From Octopus bimaculoides (lineage: Eukaryota), in NCBI RefSeq assembly GCF_001194135.2, contig NC_068987.1, positions 108,560,519-108,613,135 on the forward strand: a DNA stretch of 52,617 bases, in the 5' to 3' direction. The notes below the pieces were generated by a model. That model worked only from the letters and a program-made list of their open reading frames with translations. It searched no databases and was not told where the DNA came from. The translations under genes were made by a program, and so were the position numbers. Of the stretch, positions 15,371 through 25,793 are shown piece by piece. Numbering within the stretch: the stretch's first letter is position 1; every line of letters starts with the position of its first letter.

Positions 15371-15529
15371 CACGGGCATGGCCGTGTGCTAAAGAATATC
15401 GCTTTGCAGCCACATGGTTTGGAGTTCAGACTCATTGCGCAGCTCTTTGGCCGAGTATCTTCTATAACTCTGAGTTGACCAAAGCCTTGTGAATGAATTT
15501 GGTTGACAGAAATTGCATGGAAGCCCACA

Positions 15530-15591
<62 letters not shown>

Positions 15592-15849
15592 CTGTGTGTG
15601 TCTGTGTCCATTTATATGTGAGCGCGTGTGTATTTTTGAGTATGTGCTTGCTACACATCGTCACCGATCGACAACCGATTTTTGGTTTGTTCAAGCCGTC
15701 GTAGCATAGAAGTTCGACAAAAGAAACCTGTTAATAAGTAATAGACCATAAACAACCTAAGCAACTGGGTTCCATTTTTTCCAATTGAATGCTTCACGGC
15801 AGTACCCCAACATGGTCTACAATCCAGTAACTAAGACATGTGAAAGATA
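15371..15849 (+). mobile_element. SINE family A, diverged, internal (TG)n
   Basis: Head, CORE-like GACCAAAGCCTTGTGAATG and tail motifs. Confidence 0.8.
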
Positions 15850-16109
15850 TTTTGTAGTCCGCTATAACATTGAAGCAAAACACTAACTTAGAAATAATAC
15901 AATTCTAAATCTCTCGGAGAGATGCATACAGTAGTGATGCGATAAAGTAGTTGTATGCTGTCAACTTAAAGTGACAGTCCCATGAAGGGAATAATACTAC
16001 TGCTATTTAGCCCTAGGAAGCAGCACCGCTTCCTGTCGGCCTTGACACATTTCCTGTGTCCTTATGCTTACGAGGGGGAGACAAGGACCTCCACCCAGCT
16101 AAGCCTGCA

Positions 16110-16152
16110 TCCAGAGACATGTTTCTGAGTCTTTGCTCGTCATCAGACTGGA
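16110..16152 (-). ncRNA. Minimal type-I hammerhead ribozyme motif (mirror copy in left arm)
   Basis: Minus strand reads TCCAGT-CTGATGA-C-GAG caaaga CTC-A-GAAACATGTC-TCTGGA. Stem III is the palindrome ACATGT, as in PLE minimal hammerheads. Confidence 0.7.
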
Positions 16153-16215
16153 GTAGCAATGGCCTGTTAGTTACAAGAGCTTGACAGGCATCTCTAACTA
16201 GCAGGCCATTGCTAC

Positions 16216-16258
16216 TCCAGACTGATGACGAGTAAACACTCAGAAACACGTCTCTGGA
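16216..16258 (+). ncRNA. Minimal type-I hammerhead ribozyme motif
   Basis: TCCAGA-CTGATGA-C-GAGT aaac ACTC-A-GAAA-C ac G-TC-TCTGGA. Stem I is 6 bp, stem II 4 bp, stem III minimal, cleavage triplet GTC (16250-16252). The 10.1/11.1 position is a C.A mismatch. Confidence 0.75.
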
Positions 16259-16810
16259 TGCATGCTTAGCTGGGTGAAGGTGCTTGTCTCCCCCTCGTAA
16301 GCATAAGGACACAGGAAATGTGTCAAGGCCGACAGGAAGCGGTGCTGCTTCCTAGGGCTAGATAACAGTAGTATTATTCCCTTCATGGGACTGTAACATT
16401 AAGTTGAGAGCATAAAACTACTACTAACTTACTAGTAGTTTATTCATTGGTCTAACAGTGAAAAATGCATTAGGTTTGCTAATCGGTCAATGCGATATGC
16501 TTTATAGTCAGTTTATAATTAGAATCTCTGTAGATAGTTAGAATGGGTACACACTCGTAGATCAGCACAACATTGACACTCTGTGGCACAAACTTAATCA
16601 ACACAAAACGCAGTGAATCCAACAAAGAACGACGTGGTTATAACGCAAACCTCTTGAACATTCAAATTCTCATTCTTCTCATACTGTGAGAATTCTATGC
16701 TGGTGGATTCTAAATGAATGATATAGTGCTATACATGATTACCACTGACTAGAAATTTGAGAATTTCGTAATAAGTAAACAAAAAGCATTCAATATGTGA
16801 ATCTTATAAC

Positions 16811-17022
16811 GCGGAGAGCTGGCAGAAACGTTTACACGCCGGGCGAAACGCTTAGCGGTATTTCGTCTGTCTCTACGTTCTGAGTTCAAATTCTGCCGAA
16901 GTCGACTTTGCCTTTCATCCTTTCGGAGTCGATAAATTTAATACCAGTTGCGTACTAGGGTCGGTCTAATCGACTGATCCCCTCCTCCAAAAATTCGAGC
17001 TTTGTGCCTAGAGTGGAAAATA
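16811..17022 (+). mobile_element. SINE family B, full length
   Basis: GAGCTGGCAGAAACG..GTTCTGAGTTCAAATTCTGCC..GCCTTTCATCCTTTCGGAGTCGATAAATT. Confidence 0.92.
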
Positions 17023-17027
17023 TTTTA

Positions 17028-17355
17028 AGGCGCCGAGATGGCAGAAACACACCAGCATCGGTTGTCAAGCGATGTTGGGGGGACAAACACAGACACACAA
17101 GCACACATACACACATATATACATACATACGACGGGTTTCTTTCAGTTTCCGATTACCAAATCCACTCACAAGGCTTTGGTCGGCCCGAGGTTGTAGTAG
17201 AAGCCACTTGCCCAAGATGCCACGCAGTATGACAGAACCTGGAAACATGTTCTGAATTCAAATTCTGCCGAGATCAACTTTGCCTTTCGACATCGATAAA
17301 TTAAGTACCAGTTGTGTACTAGAGTCCATCTAATCGACTGGCCCCCTCACCAGAT
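17028..17355 (+). mobile_element. SINE family B interrupted by an inverted family A piece
   Basis: Head AGGCGCCGAGATGGCAGAA; the body resumes at TGAATTCAAATTCTGCCGAG. Confidence 0.8.
17046..17251 (-). mobile_element. SINE family A fragment nested in a family B copy
   Basis: Runs ACACCAGCATCGGTTGTCAAGCG..GAACCTGGAAACATG between the B head (17028-17046) and the B body (17252-17355). Confidence 0.85.
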
Positions 17356-17359
17356 ATTA

Positions 17360-18026
17360 TGAAGAACTTTTCTCCTTTCACTGATGTTTCCACCTCCTCT
17401 TGGTTGATGAAGCATCGTGAGTGCAGGAAGTAATCCATTGATCGAAGCAAATAATAAATCTCAAGGGAATATATTCCCACAATCAGTGGTTAAGCAAGGG
17501 CCAGCTTCCGGAACCTCTCACCAAACACGGGTGTTCCTAACACGAAAGGATGCTCTGCCTCTGGTGGAAATATGAGGGATAATTCACTGCAAGTTCCATG
17601 CCAGTATGTACTCCGAACGGCTGGAATAGATGTATGCCATTGTGCGTCAAAATTACCCGGCATTCTATAACAGAAAGCGACTTCTTCTATAAAACCTCAT
17701 ACCGCTCGATCGACCAGAAATAAAGTGCAGGAAACCGAGAGAACCGAGCTGAAACCACAACCGGCGTTGGCCCCTCGGATTATTATTTGTTCCAATCCAT
17801 AGCTCACGACGAACCAGCAACCAAAAGGCGATGGAAGCTTCAGTAAAAGAATTATTCGCCTTGGAGGAGAACTGGCATCAGCATGGGATCAGAGAACCGG
17901 CGGAAATGTTGCTTCAGACGATGCAACACGATGGTCTTTATTTTGAATGCTAGGCTGCTTTTGTGGTAATTTGAGAAATAAAGCAAATAACTTATCAAAA
18001 TATTGCAAAACTTTTGACTCAGAATA
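17360..18026 (+). mobile_element. Mariner transposon relic, 3' half (pseudogenised transposase)
   Basis: Frameshifted motifs KRMLCLWW..GIIH, PALAPSDYYLFQSIAH and C-terminal HGIREPAEMLLQTMQHDGLYFEC*. The end CAAAACTTTTGACTCAGA resembles the end at about 52300-52328. Confidence 0.8.
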
Positions 18027-18386
18027 ATCACTTAAAGTATATTTAGCTGCTATCTCTAGCAGCTCAAGTGAGTACGCAATGTTTCCATTACTGGTTTCTT
18101 TACAGGGCATATGGGATTAATATTAAGACGATTAATTAGAAAATTTATTATAGGTTGAGAAGGGGCTAATTTGATAATAAATATGTCATTGGTTATGTGA
18201 TTCGAGATTAATTTGGTAATGGCAATTTATTTTAAGAAAAAATAATTTCTATCGAGATGCAGTTAATTTCAATTCTACAATAATGTTATTAATATTTTTA
18301 TCGCTTAATCTGATATACGATCTCTTGCCCATGTGTTCTTTTCCACTCATAATATTGATAACAGGAAGAGTTAGAAATGTGATTAG

Positions 18387-18469
<83 letters not shown>

Positions 18470-18490
18470 TTATCATTATTATTATTCGGC

Positions 18491-18599
18491 TCTATATTTA
18501 AGAGATGCTTGTGGGCATATGGCGTTGTGGTTAAGAGCGTGGGCTAGTAACCCCAAGATTCCGAGTTCGATTCCAGGCAGTGACCTGAATAATGAGAAC

Positions 18600-18643
<44 letters not shown>

Positions 18644-18780
18644 CAACAACATCGAAAAATACTTTAGGAATGAGAACCCAGGTTCGAAATTTCCCCAAGA
18701 CACCTGGGGTATATCAGCCGAAATGTTGTGTTAACAACAAGCAAGATGAGGACAAATATCCATCAATTGTAAATAATGCA
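18491..18780 (+). mobile_element. tRNA-derived SINE with internal (AAT)n and a PLE-like 3' tail carrying a broken hammerhead
   Basis: A-box-like TGGCGTTGTGG at 18520-18530 and B-box GAGTTCGATTCC at 18563-18574. The tail reads ACAC-CTG..gggtatat-CAGCC-GAAAT-GTT-GTGT (18700-18731). The 17-mer at 18491-18507 is identical to 22230-22246. Confidence 0.7.
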
Positions 18781-18802
18781 TTATTATGATTATTATAATT
18801 AT

Positions 18803-18985
18803 GGTACTGAGCTTGCAGAATCATTAGCTTGCGTCTGCACGTTCGGAGTTCAAATTTCGCCGAGGTCGACATTGCTTTTCACGCTTTCGGGGTCGATAAA
18901 ATATGTAACTTTTGTATATTGGGATCGATGTATCGACTTATCCCCTCCCGCAAAATGGCTCCCTGGTCGAAAAATTTGAAACCAT
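18803..18985 (+). mobile_element. SINE family B
   Basis: GGAGTTCAAATTTCGCCGAGGTCGAC..TTTCGGGGTCGATAAA. Confidence 0.85.
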
Positions 18986-18994
18986 TATTATTAC

Positions 18995-19028
<34 letters not shown>

Positions 19029-19703
19029 GCAAATGTCAACAGTTATCAAGACGTATTTCGCAGCCTCGGCCAATTACATTTGTGGCGTGAATTGAGTTCG
19101 TACAAGACAGTTTTCCTGTAAAATCCATACATGTACAACAATAGAAATAATCTTAGTGCGGATGCCTTACAATGAAATTTGGCCCATGACGCCGTCTTGG
19201 AATTTCATAATCTAATATTAAATAAACAACTGTAACTCTTAAAGCATTTGCCACATGTATTAGCAGTTGACCTTAACGACAACTGGCACGAAATTAATTA
19301 TTATGATATAAAGTAGCTGTGCTTCCTTGGTGACTTTGTCTTGTGATATAATAATGTAAAATCCATGTCGTTGTTATGCTAAGATTTCGTCTCAAAATAC
19401 TTGAGTCTGACTGCGCCATATTTGTTTTTATCACCAGGTGTGCGCTTGTGTGTTTATCTGTCTGTGTGAGTGTGTGTCTGTGAGAGAGAGAGAGAGAGAG
19501 AGAGAAAGCACGTGCATTCGTGTTTAAGTATGAATGTGTAGGTATGTGCTTATGTGTGGATACGTGTCGCTATACACGATTGCGTAAACGAGAGAGAAAA
19601 AGCGAAGTCAGTAGACAGAGCTTCCCCCTTGGCGATCAATCACATAACTTTTCATTACTTCGAAGTAGGTGACAACTTAAAGGTCAAGCTTAAAGTAAAT
19701 AAG

Positions 19704-19735
<32 letters not shown>

Positions 19736-19739
19736 CACA

Positions 19740-19782
<43 letters not shown>

Positions 19783-19839
19783 ACACACACATGCACGAAC
19801 ATTTGTACGAACCCAAACGCAAACATACATACGAAGACA

Positions 19840-20215
19840 AAGGTATGGCTGTGAGGTAAAGAAACTCGCTCTGCAACCACGTTGTTTCGTGTTCAACCCA
19901 ACTGCATGGCAAGTGTTATCTGCTATAAGCCCGGGCTAAGCAATGGCTTGGGAGTGAATTTGTTAGGCGGAAACTGTATGGAAGCCCGTCATGTATGCGT
20001 GTGTCTTTTGTTCTGGATTTGTCATCCACACAAAAGAAAAATAAAGGAATTGGTTGGCTAATCCCCTCCTTCTTAACCTAGAAAATCGGCAAAAGAGACT
20101 GATACAATAAGTATCAAATTTAAAACATTATAAATACCAGGGTCGAATTGTTCCACTACACGTTTGAGGGCAGTGCTCCAGTATGGTCGCTGTTCAACTG
20201 CTCAAACAAAGAAGA
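19840..20215 (+). mobile_element. SINE family A, old diverged copy
   Basis: GGTATGGCTGTGAGG head, GAAGCCCGTC and GTGCTCCAGTATGG tail. Confidence 0.7.
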
Positions 20216-20640
20216 GCTAGAAATGGATGAATGAATGGATGGATGGATGGATGGATGGATGAATGGATGATTGGATGGATGGATGGTTATATTTATGTAT
20301 GTTAATATAATAGGTTTAGCAGATAAAGTTTATTTGCATACCGATCCTTCGCCTGCTGAGGATAATCGAGGATAATATATGCATTTAAAATTCTGTTTTC
20401 CTGACTACAGACATTATTTATAGGTCTTATATTCACATATTAGATAATAAATTTATTTAAGTGTAATTCATTTTATATTGTAATTTTCTGTTATTTAGCA
20501 TTTCTGTGTTGGCAATGCAACAAAGAATTATATATATACATTGAATGTTAATGCGCATTTTATACGCAATTCAAGCACAAACAAACACATACGCAAATAT
20601 ATACACAAATGCATCTGCGTGTATAGGCACGCTGTGTGTT

Positions 20641-20682
<42 letters not shown>

Positions 20683-21097
20683 TGTATGTGTGTGTGTGTG
20701 TGTGTGTATGTGTGTGTGTATGTGTGTGTGTGTGTTATTTACATTTACTTGCTCAGAATGTAAAGATATGTCACAAAATATTGCAAAGCATTTTCTTGAA
20801 TGCTCTCCGGGCAGTTTTCTGCTAGAATATGTTGGACTGGAAATTCTTATGTGGAAACAAGTAGCACAGTATACGTATTGTATGATATAAAGTTGCGTAT
20901 AACCGGATGAAACTTTAAATATAAAATTTCTATGAAATTTTGTTATGAAAAAGTGATATAGTGTAAAAATTAATATGAATGTTTACGAAGTATCATCAAG
21001 TAAAAATTTTGTAATAAACGTATTTTTAATGAAAATAATTGAATAGAGGCAGTATACATACATACATACATACATACATACATACATACATACAAAA

Positions 21098-21450
21098 GCG
21101 CAGGCGTGTCTGTGTGGTAAGAAGCTTGCTTCCAAACCACATAATTCTAGGTTCAGTCCCATGTTTATAGATATATATGTATATATTCGTCCGTGCGCGT
21201 GTTTGTGTGTGTGTGTGTGTACTTGTCTATGTGGTTAGGTCTTTGTGTCTGTGTTTGTCCTTCATCACTGCTCCACAACCGGTGTTGGTGTGTTTACGTT
21301 CCAGTGAACTAGCGGTTCGGCAAATAGCACCGATAGAATAAGTTCCGAAAAAAATAAATTAGTGCTAGGCTCGATTCATTCGACAAAAAGATTTTGCAGG
21401 CGGTACTCCAGCATGACCGCAGTCTAAGGACTGAAACAAGTAAAGGACAA
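21098..21450 (+). mobile_element. SINE family A lacking the CORE-like segment
   Basis: The head ends at GGTTCAGTCCC and joins the microsatellite directly, followed by the tail. Confidence 0.85.
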
Positions 21451-21616
21451 AAATAAAATTAAAATTTATACATACAAACATACACACAGAGACATACATG
21501 CATACGAAAGTACGTACATACATAAACAAATGTATATGTGAGAGATAGAGAGACTCTGTGTGTGTGAGTGTGTGTGTGTGAGTGTGTGTGTGTGAGTGNN
21601 NNNNNNNNNNNNNNNN

Positions 21617-21678
<62 letters not shown>

Positions 21679-21754
21679 ATCTCCGCTACAACCTGCCGCC
21701 TGTTTTTGGTTGCGGTTCCATGTTAAATTGTTTGTTAGAAAAGTATACTTTTAT

Positions 21755-22138
21755 CCTTCTATTTTTTACTATTGGCTTGTCTGAGTCATTAGAATACGGC
21801 CATACTGGGGCAACGCCTTCAAAAAATTTTTGTTGAATGAATCTAGGTCAGTACTTCATTTTTTAAAGCGCGGTACATATTCTATCGGTCTCTTTTGAGG
21901 AACCGTTTAGTTACGGTTGTAGTGGTGGACAAACACAGACACAAGGACATCCACACTCGCACGCATGCGCACACACACATAAGCACGTATGTGCGTGTGT
22001 GTGACTGTCTTCTTTCGAGTTCCGTCCACCAAATCCCTTCATAAGGTTTTGGTCAACCCGCGGTTATAGAAGAAGACAGTAGGTGAAGGTGCCACGCAGT
22101 GGGACTGAACCCGGAACCAGTGTTTTAGAAGCAAGACC
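21755..22138 (-). mobile_element. SINE family A
   Basis: GGTGCCACGCAGTGGGACTGAACCCGGAACC and tail motifs. Confidence 0.85.
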
Positions 22139-22260
22139 TATAAATATTCGCAAGGAATAAGAATTTAAAATTAGGCCCCTACCTTTGCGTAGGTTGCAGA
22201 GGAAATGCCACATAGCTTGATACTGCAGTTCTATATTTAAGAGATGAGGAATTATGGACA

Positions 22261-22313
22261 TTAATACTGGTTTCGGATTTTGAATTATTCATTCTTAACC
22301 CATCCTCAGTTAA
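22261..22313 (-). ncRNA. Minimal type-I hammerhead motif (PLE pLTR remnant)
   Basis: Minus strand reads TTAA-CTGAGGA-T-GGG..TCC-GAAA-C ca G-TA-TTAA. All three stems can form. It is followed by a pLTR-end-like CATAATTCCTCATCTCTTAAATATAGA. Confidence 0.55.
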
Positions 22314-22385
22314 GACCAAGAGGACGGAGATTTGCACATCTATATTTTATTATACAGTTATTTACAACGTTTTTCGCTTAGATTT

Positions 22386-22462
22386 ACGCACGTTTCAGCT
22401 GCACACCGCTGCACACTAACTAAATGTGCATCTTGGTTTTAATTATCGGTCAGCTTCTTCAG
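22386..22462 (-). ncRNA. Degenerate hammerhead motif
   Basis: Minus strand reads CTGAAGA-AGCTG-(49-nt loop)-CAGCT-GAAACGTGCGTA. Stems II and III are present, but stem I does not pair. Confidence 0.4.
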
Positions 22463-22704
22463 GGTCATTTCTACTACTTCTGTTCAAATTCCATCTGAAA
22501 GAACTATGAGAATAACGGAATAGGAGTCCTTTATGAGGTGTTGGTGTCACTAGAAATAGTCGTATTTATCATGACTGAAGATTACCCCCTGCCAGTTAGG
22601 TATCTATTGCTGGGTTTGGTCTTACAGTAAGTCAATATCTCTGTATGTTCCTCGGTAATATTCTAGCTTACCATTCTACAAATTTATTTTTATAATTATA
22701 AAAA

Positions 22705-22835
22705 GGCGCAGGAGTGGCCGTATAGGAAGTAGCTTCCTTACTAACAACATGGTTCTGGATTCAGTCCCACTACATGGCAACTTGGGGACAAAACTTTGTG
22801 ATTGGATTTAGCAGACGGAAACTCAAAGAAGCATG

Positions 22836-22877
<42 letters not shown>

Positions 22878-22887
22878 NNNNNNNNNN

Positions 22888-22927
<40 letters not shown>

Positions 22928-23128
22928 GTGTCTGTTTTTGATCCTCCACTATCGCTTGACAACCTATGTTGGTGTGTTCACGTCCCCGTAACTCAGTGAC
23001 CGATAGAATAATTACGAGAGTTACATAGAAGAAGTCCTGGGGTCGATTTGTTCGACTAAAGGCGGTACTCCAGAATGGCCACAGACAAATGACTGAAACA
23101 AATAAAAGAATAAAAGAATAAAAGAATA
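22705..23128 (+). mobile_element. SINE family A with (AATAAAAG)n end
   Basis: Starts GGCGCAGGAGTGGC and ends TCCTGGGGTCGATTTGTTCGACTAAAGGCGG..AATAAAAG repeats. Confidence 0.9.
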
Positions 23129-23234
23129 ATAATAGGTGTATAATTTTCTTGTTATGTTGTATTTAATTAAATATCGTACTTTTAGATGATTTTATTAAAC
23201 GCAATCTTTGTTTTCAACTCGATCTGTTTTAATT

Positions 23235-24289
23235 TATCGTCTTGGCAACTAAGCTACCGCCGTTTTTTTAAATCAAAATTTTTTAAAAGGTTTAATAAAA
23301 AATAACTAATCAATCAATAATGTTTTCAATCTTGTTGTTTACATCTTCTTCCCAACGTTCAACAAGATTTTCGATACCTCGTTCGTAGAATTCACCCGAT
23401 TTCGACTCGAAAAATTCGATCCAACCAAGCTCCCAATTCTGCATCAGTATTGAACGAAACTCCGCGCATAGCATTTGAAAGAGATCAAAATAAGTAGAAA
23501 TGCGTTGGTGCCAAATCAGGAGAGTACGGCGGGTGTGGCAGCACTTCCCAGCCATGCGTTTGAATGGCTTCCTTGGTCACATTGGCGATATGAGGGCGGG
23601 CGTTGTCATGCAGCAGAAGAACTCCATGCTGACGATTAGAACGTGATGAGTCGTTTCATCTGTTGAACACAGAGTTCCGCGTTGACCGTTTGGTTCCGTT
23701 CAAGCACTTCGTAATGGATAATCCCTTCCCAGTCCTAACATACGCACACCATCGTTTTATGCGGATGAAGATCTTGTTTCAGGCGCGGAGTCACTTGTTT
23801 ACCGGGGCTAGGCCATTCCTTACGCTGGTTCATATTGATGTACAGGCGACATATCGTCGGCAGTAACGATTCGGTAAAGAAATCGTTGCTTGTGTCCATG
23901 AGTTGAGCGGTGACAGGCAAGCAAACCAGCGGAGATTGGGGCTCGGTGATATTTGTTGTCCCTTAAAGCATGCGCAGCCTATGCTGTATACTTCTGAACC
24001 TTTTCCACCGAGTGAAGATGCTTCTCTATAGCAGAGTCGGAGCATTCCATCTTCTCTGCCAGTTCCCTTGTCATTTGACGAGAATTTTCGTGCAAAAGTC
24101 GGTTTAATTCGCTCTTCATCGAACTCAACTGGACGGCCAGAACGAGGTGCGACTTTGAGGTCAAAATTTCTATTTTTGAACTTGGCATACCAATTACGAA
24201 CGGTTCGAAAAAAGTAGATTCCAAATTTTAAAAACGCAATAAACTCCAAAATTTAATAAAACGGCGGGAACTTAGTTGCCAACCCAATA
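23235..24289 (-). mobile_element. Mariner (DD34D-type) relic with both TIRs
   Basis: TIRs TATcGtcTTGGCAACTAAGcTaCCGCCGTTTT (23235) and AAAACGGCGGGAACTTAGTTGCCAACCCAATA (ends 24289). Peptides: [59 protein letters not shown]. Confidence 0.92.
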
Positions 24290-24884
24290 CTTAATTCCAA
24301 TTTTAATTCTAGTAGTTTCTATAATGCGTCTGCACGGTAACCGCCACAATTGTATGACCCACGAAACCAATTTTGGAAATATATATATATATATGTATGT
24401 ACATATATAGGATAAGGTGGACATCATCCCGTATATCACCCCAGAATTGTTTGTCCTGCTTCTTTAATTACACGAGCTCTATAGTTACAAACATCGTATG
24501 TCTTTGTCTGTATCTTAATCCATTTGCCATTCCATCAAAACACCCAAAGAAACTTCGCACACAAGTTTAGTGAAATATTTGCCTGGAAACTACAACAAAT
24601 CTTGCCGTAAGCACTCCAAGTGAAATTGTGAAATGAATTCGAATTTCCTTGAAAACACACCCTTCCCAAGGTTTTTGAGAATCGCTAACAACTACAGCTA
24701 AATTTTTATTTTTCGTACGCGACAAAAAGGAAATACCAAACAAGTCAGGGGTTTTAGAGTACGTAATTCACTAGAGCAAACCTTTAATTTATTTATCATG
24801 CAATTGATCCACTTAAGTTATGTTCCTTAGCTCACTTTATACTTTGCTAATACTTTGTTTATATACGGTTAATAAATTAGTGAT

Positions 24885-24927
24885 TTTACATATAAGTATG
24901 TGCATGTGTGCATGTATGTACGTGTAA

Positions 24928-24961
<34 letters not shown>

Positions 24962-24988
24962 AGATATATACATGCATGCATTACATAC

Positions 24989-25060
<72 letters not shown>

Positions 25061-25190
25061 GTTTGTGTGTGTATATATATACATATGTTTATGCATATAT
25101 GCATGTATATGTATAGCATATATATGTATATATACATATATATATTTATATATGTGTGTACACACATACAGACATACATACGGGCAAGTA
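24885..25190. repeat. Degenerate (TA)n/(CA)n tract
   Basis: Direct inspection. Confidence 0.95.
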
Positions 25191-25735
25191 TATGTGTTTA
25201 ATGAACACAGAACTTCACAAGTCTCTTGAAGTCGAGAGCGCTACTTTATACGTACTGATAGCAAGAATATCAAATGACAAGGATTTTAAAATCAGTCCAG
25301 CAAAAGGTCAAACAAATATACAGTTTTCTTAATGCGAGCGAATGTATATATGTATGTATGTATATATATACGGGAGCTGGACAGGTTTTGCAGTTAATTC
25401 GATCTGATGTCGTTTGTTGAAACGGAAAAAGAGGAGATTGAGGGGGAGTTGCGATAGTTATTTAAACACACGGTCATATACTGTTATATTCACATTTGTT
25501 TTATTATGTGATATCATTGCATAGTATAATGTGTCAAAATGTCGAGTTGTATATTTACGACATGGATACAGACGCAATTAGTCTGCATCTGTAGCGCAGG
25601 GGAATAGATGTACTTGTGCAACACGGACATACAAAATCACATGGGTGTGTGTATTTGTGAAAACACGCAGATGCATATGTATATATAAATATAAAACTAC
25701 ACAAACCTCTCTCTGTCCCTCTCTCTCACTCTTTC

Positions 25736-25790
<55 letters not shown>

Positions 25791-25793
25791 TAA

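Larger units (their letters stand above)
15888..16422. mobile_element. Palindromic (foldback) non-autonomous element, probably derived from inverted Penelope-like pLTRs
   Basis: Arms 15946-16173 and 16195-16422 are 228 bp each with 14 mismatches by manual alignment and a 21-bp spacer. An unpaired 58-bp extension lies at 15888-15945. ACTAAC flanks both ends (15882-15887, 16423-16428). Each arm has a hammerhead core. A homologous shorter copy is at 43441-43658. Confidence 0.8.

Noticed and set aside
15946-16422. Interpretation of the palindrome as a classical DNA-transposon MITE
   Set aside because: The ends are asymmetric, the TSD lengths differ between the two copies, and hammerhead cores are embedded. 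It is disfavoured but not formally excluded.
17376-17420. Minus-strand hammerhead-like fold (..GAGGAGGTG-GAAACATC-AGTG)
   Set aside because: It has no CTGANGA core, and the plus strand is better explained as part of the mariner transposase relic.
18509-18580. tRNA-like sequence (also the heads of SINE families A, B and C)
   Set aside because: No complete cloverleaf, and the sequence continues into SINE bodies, so these are not tRNA genes.
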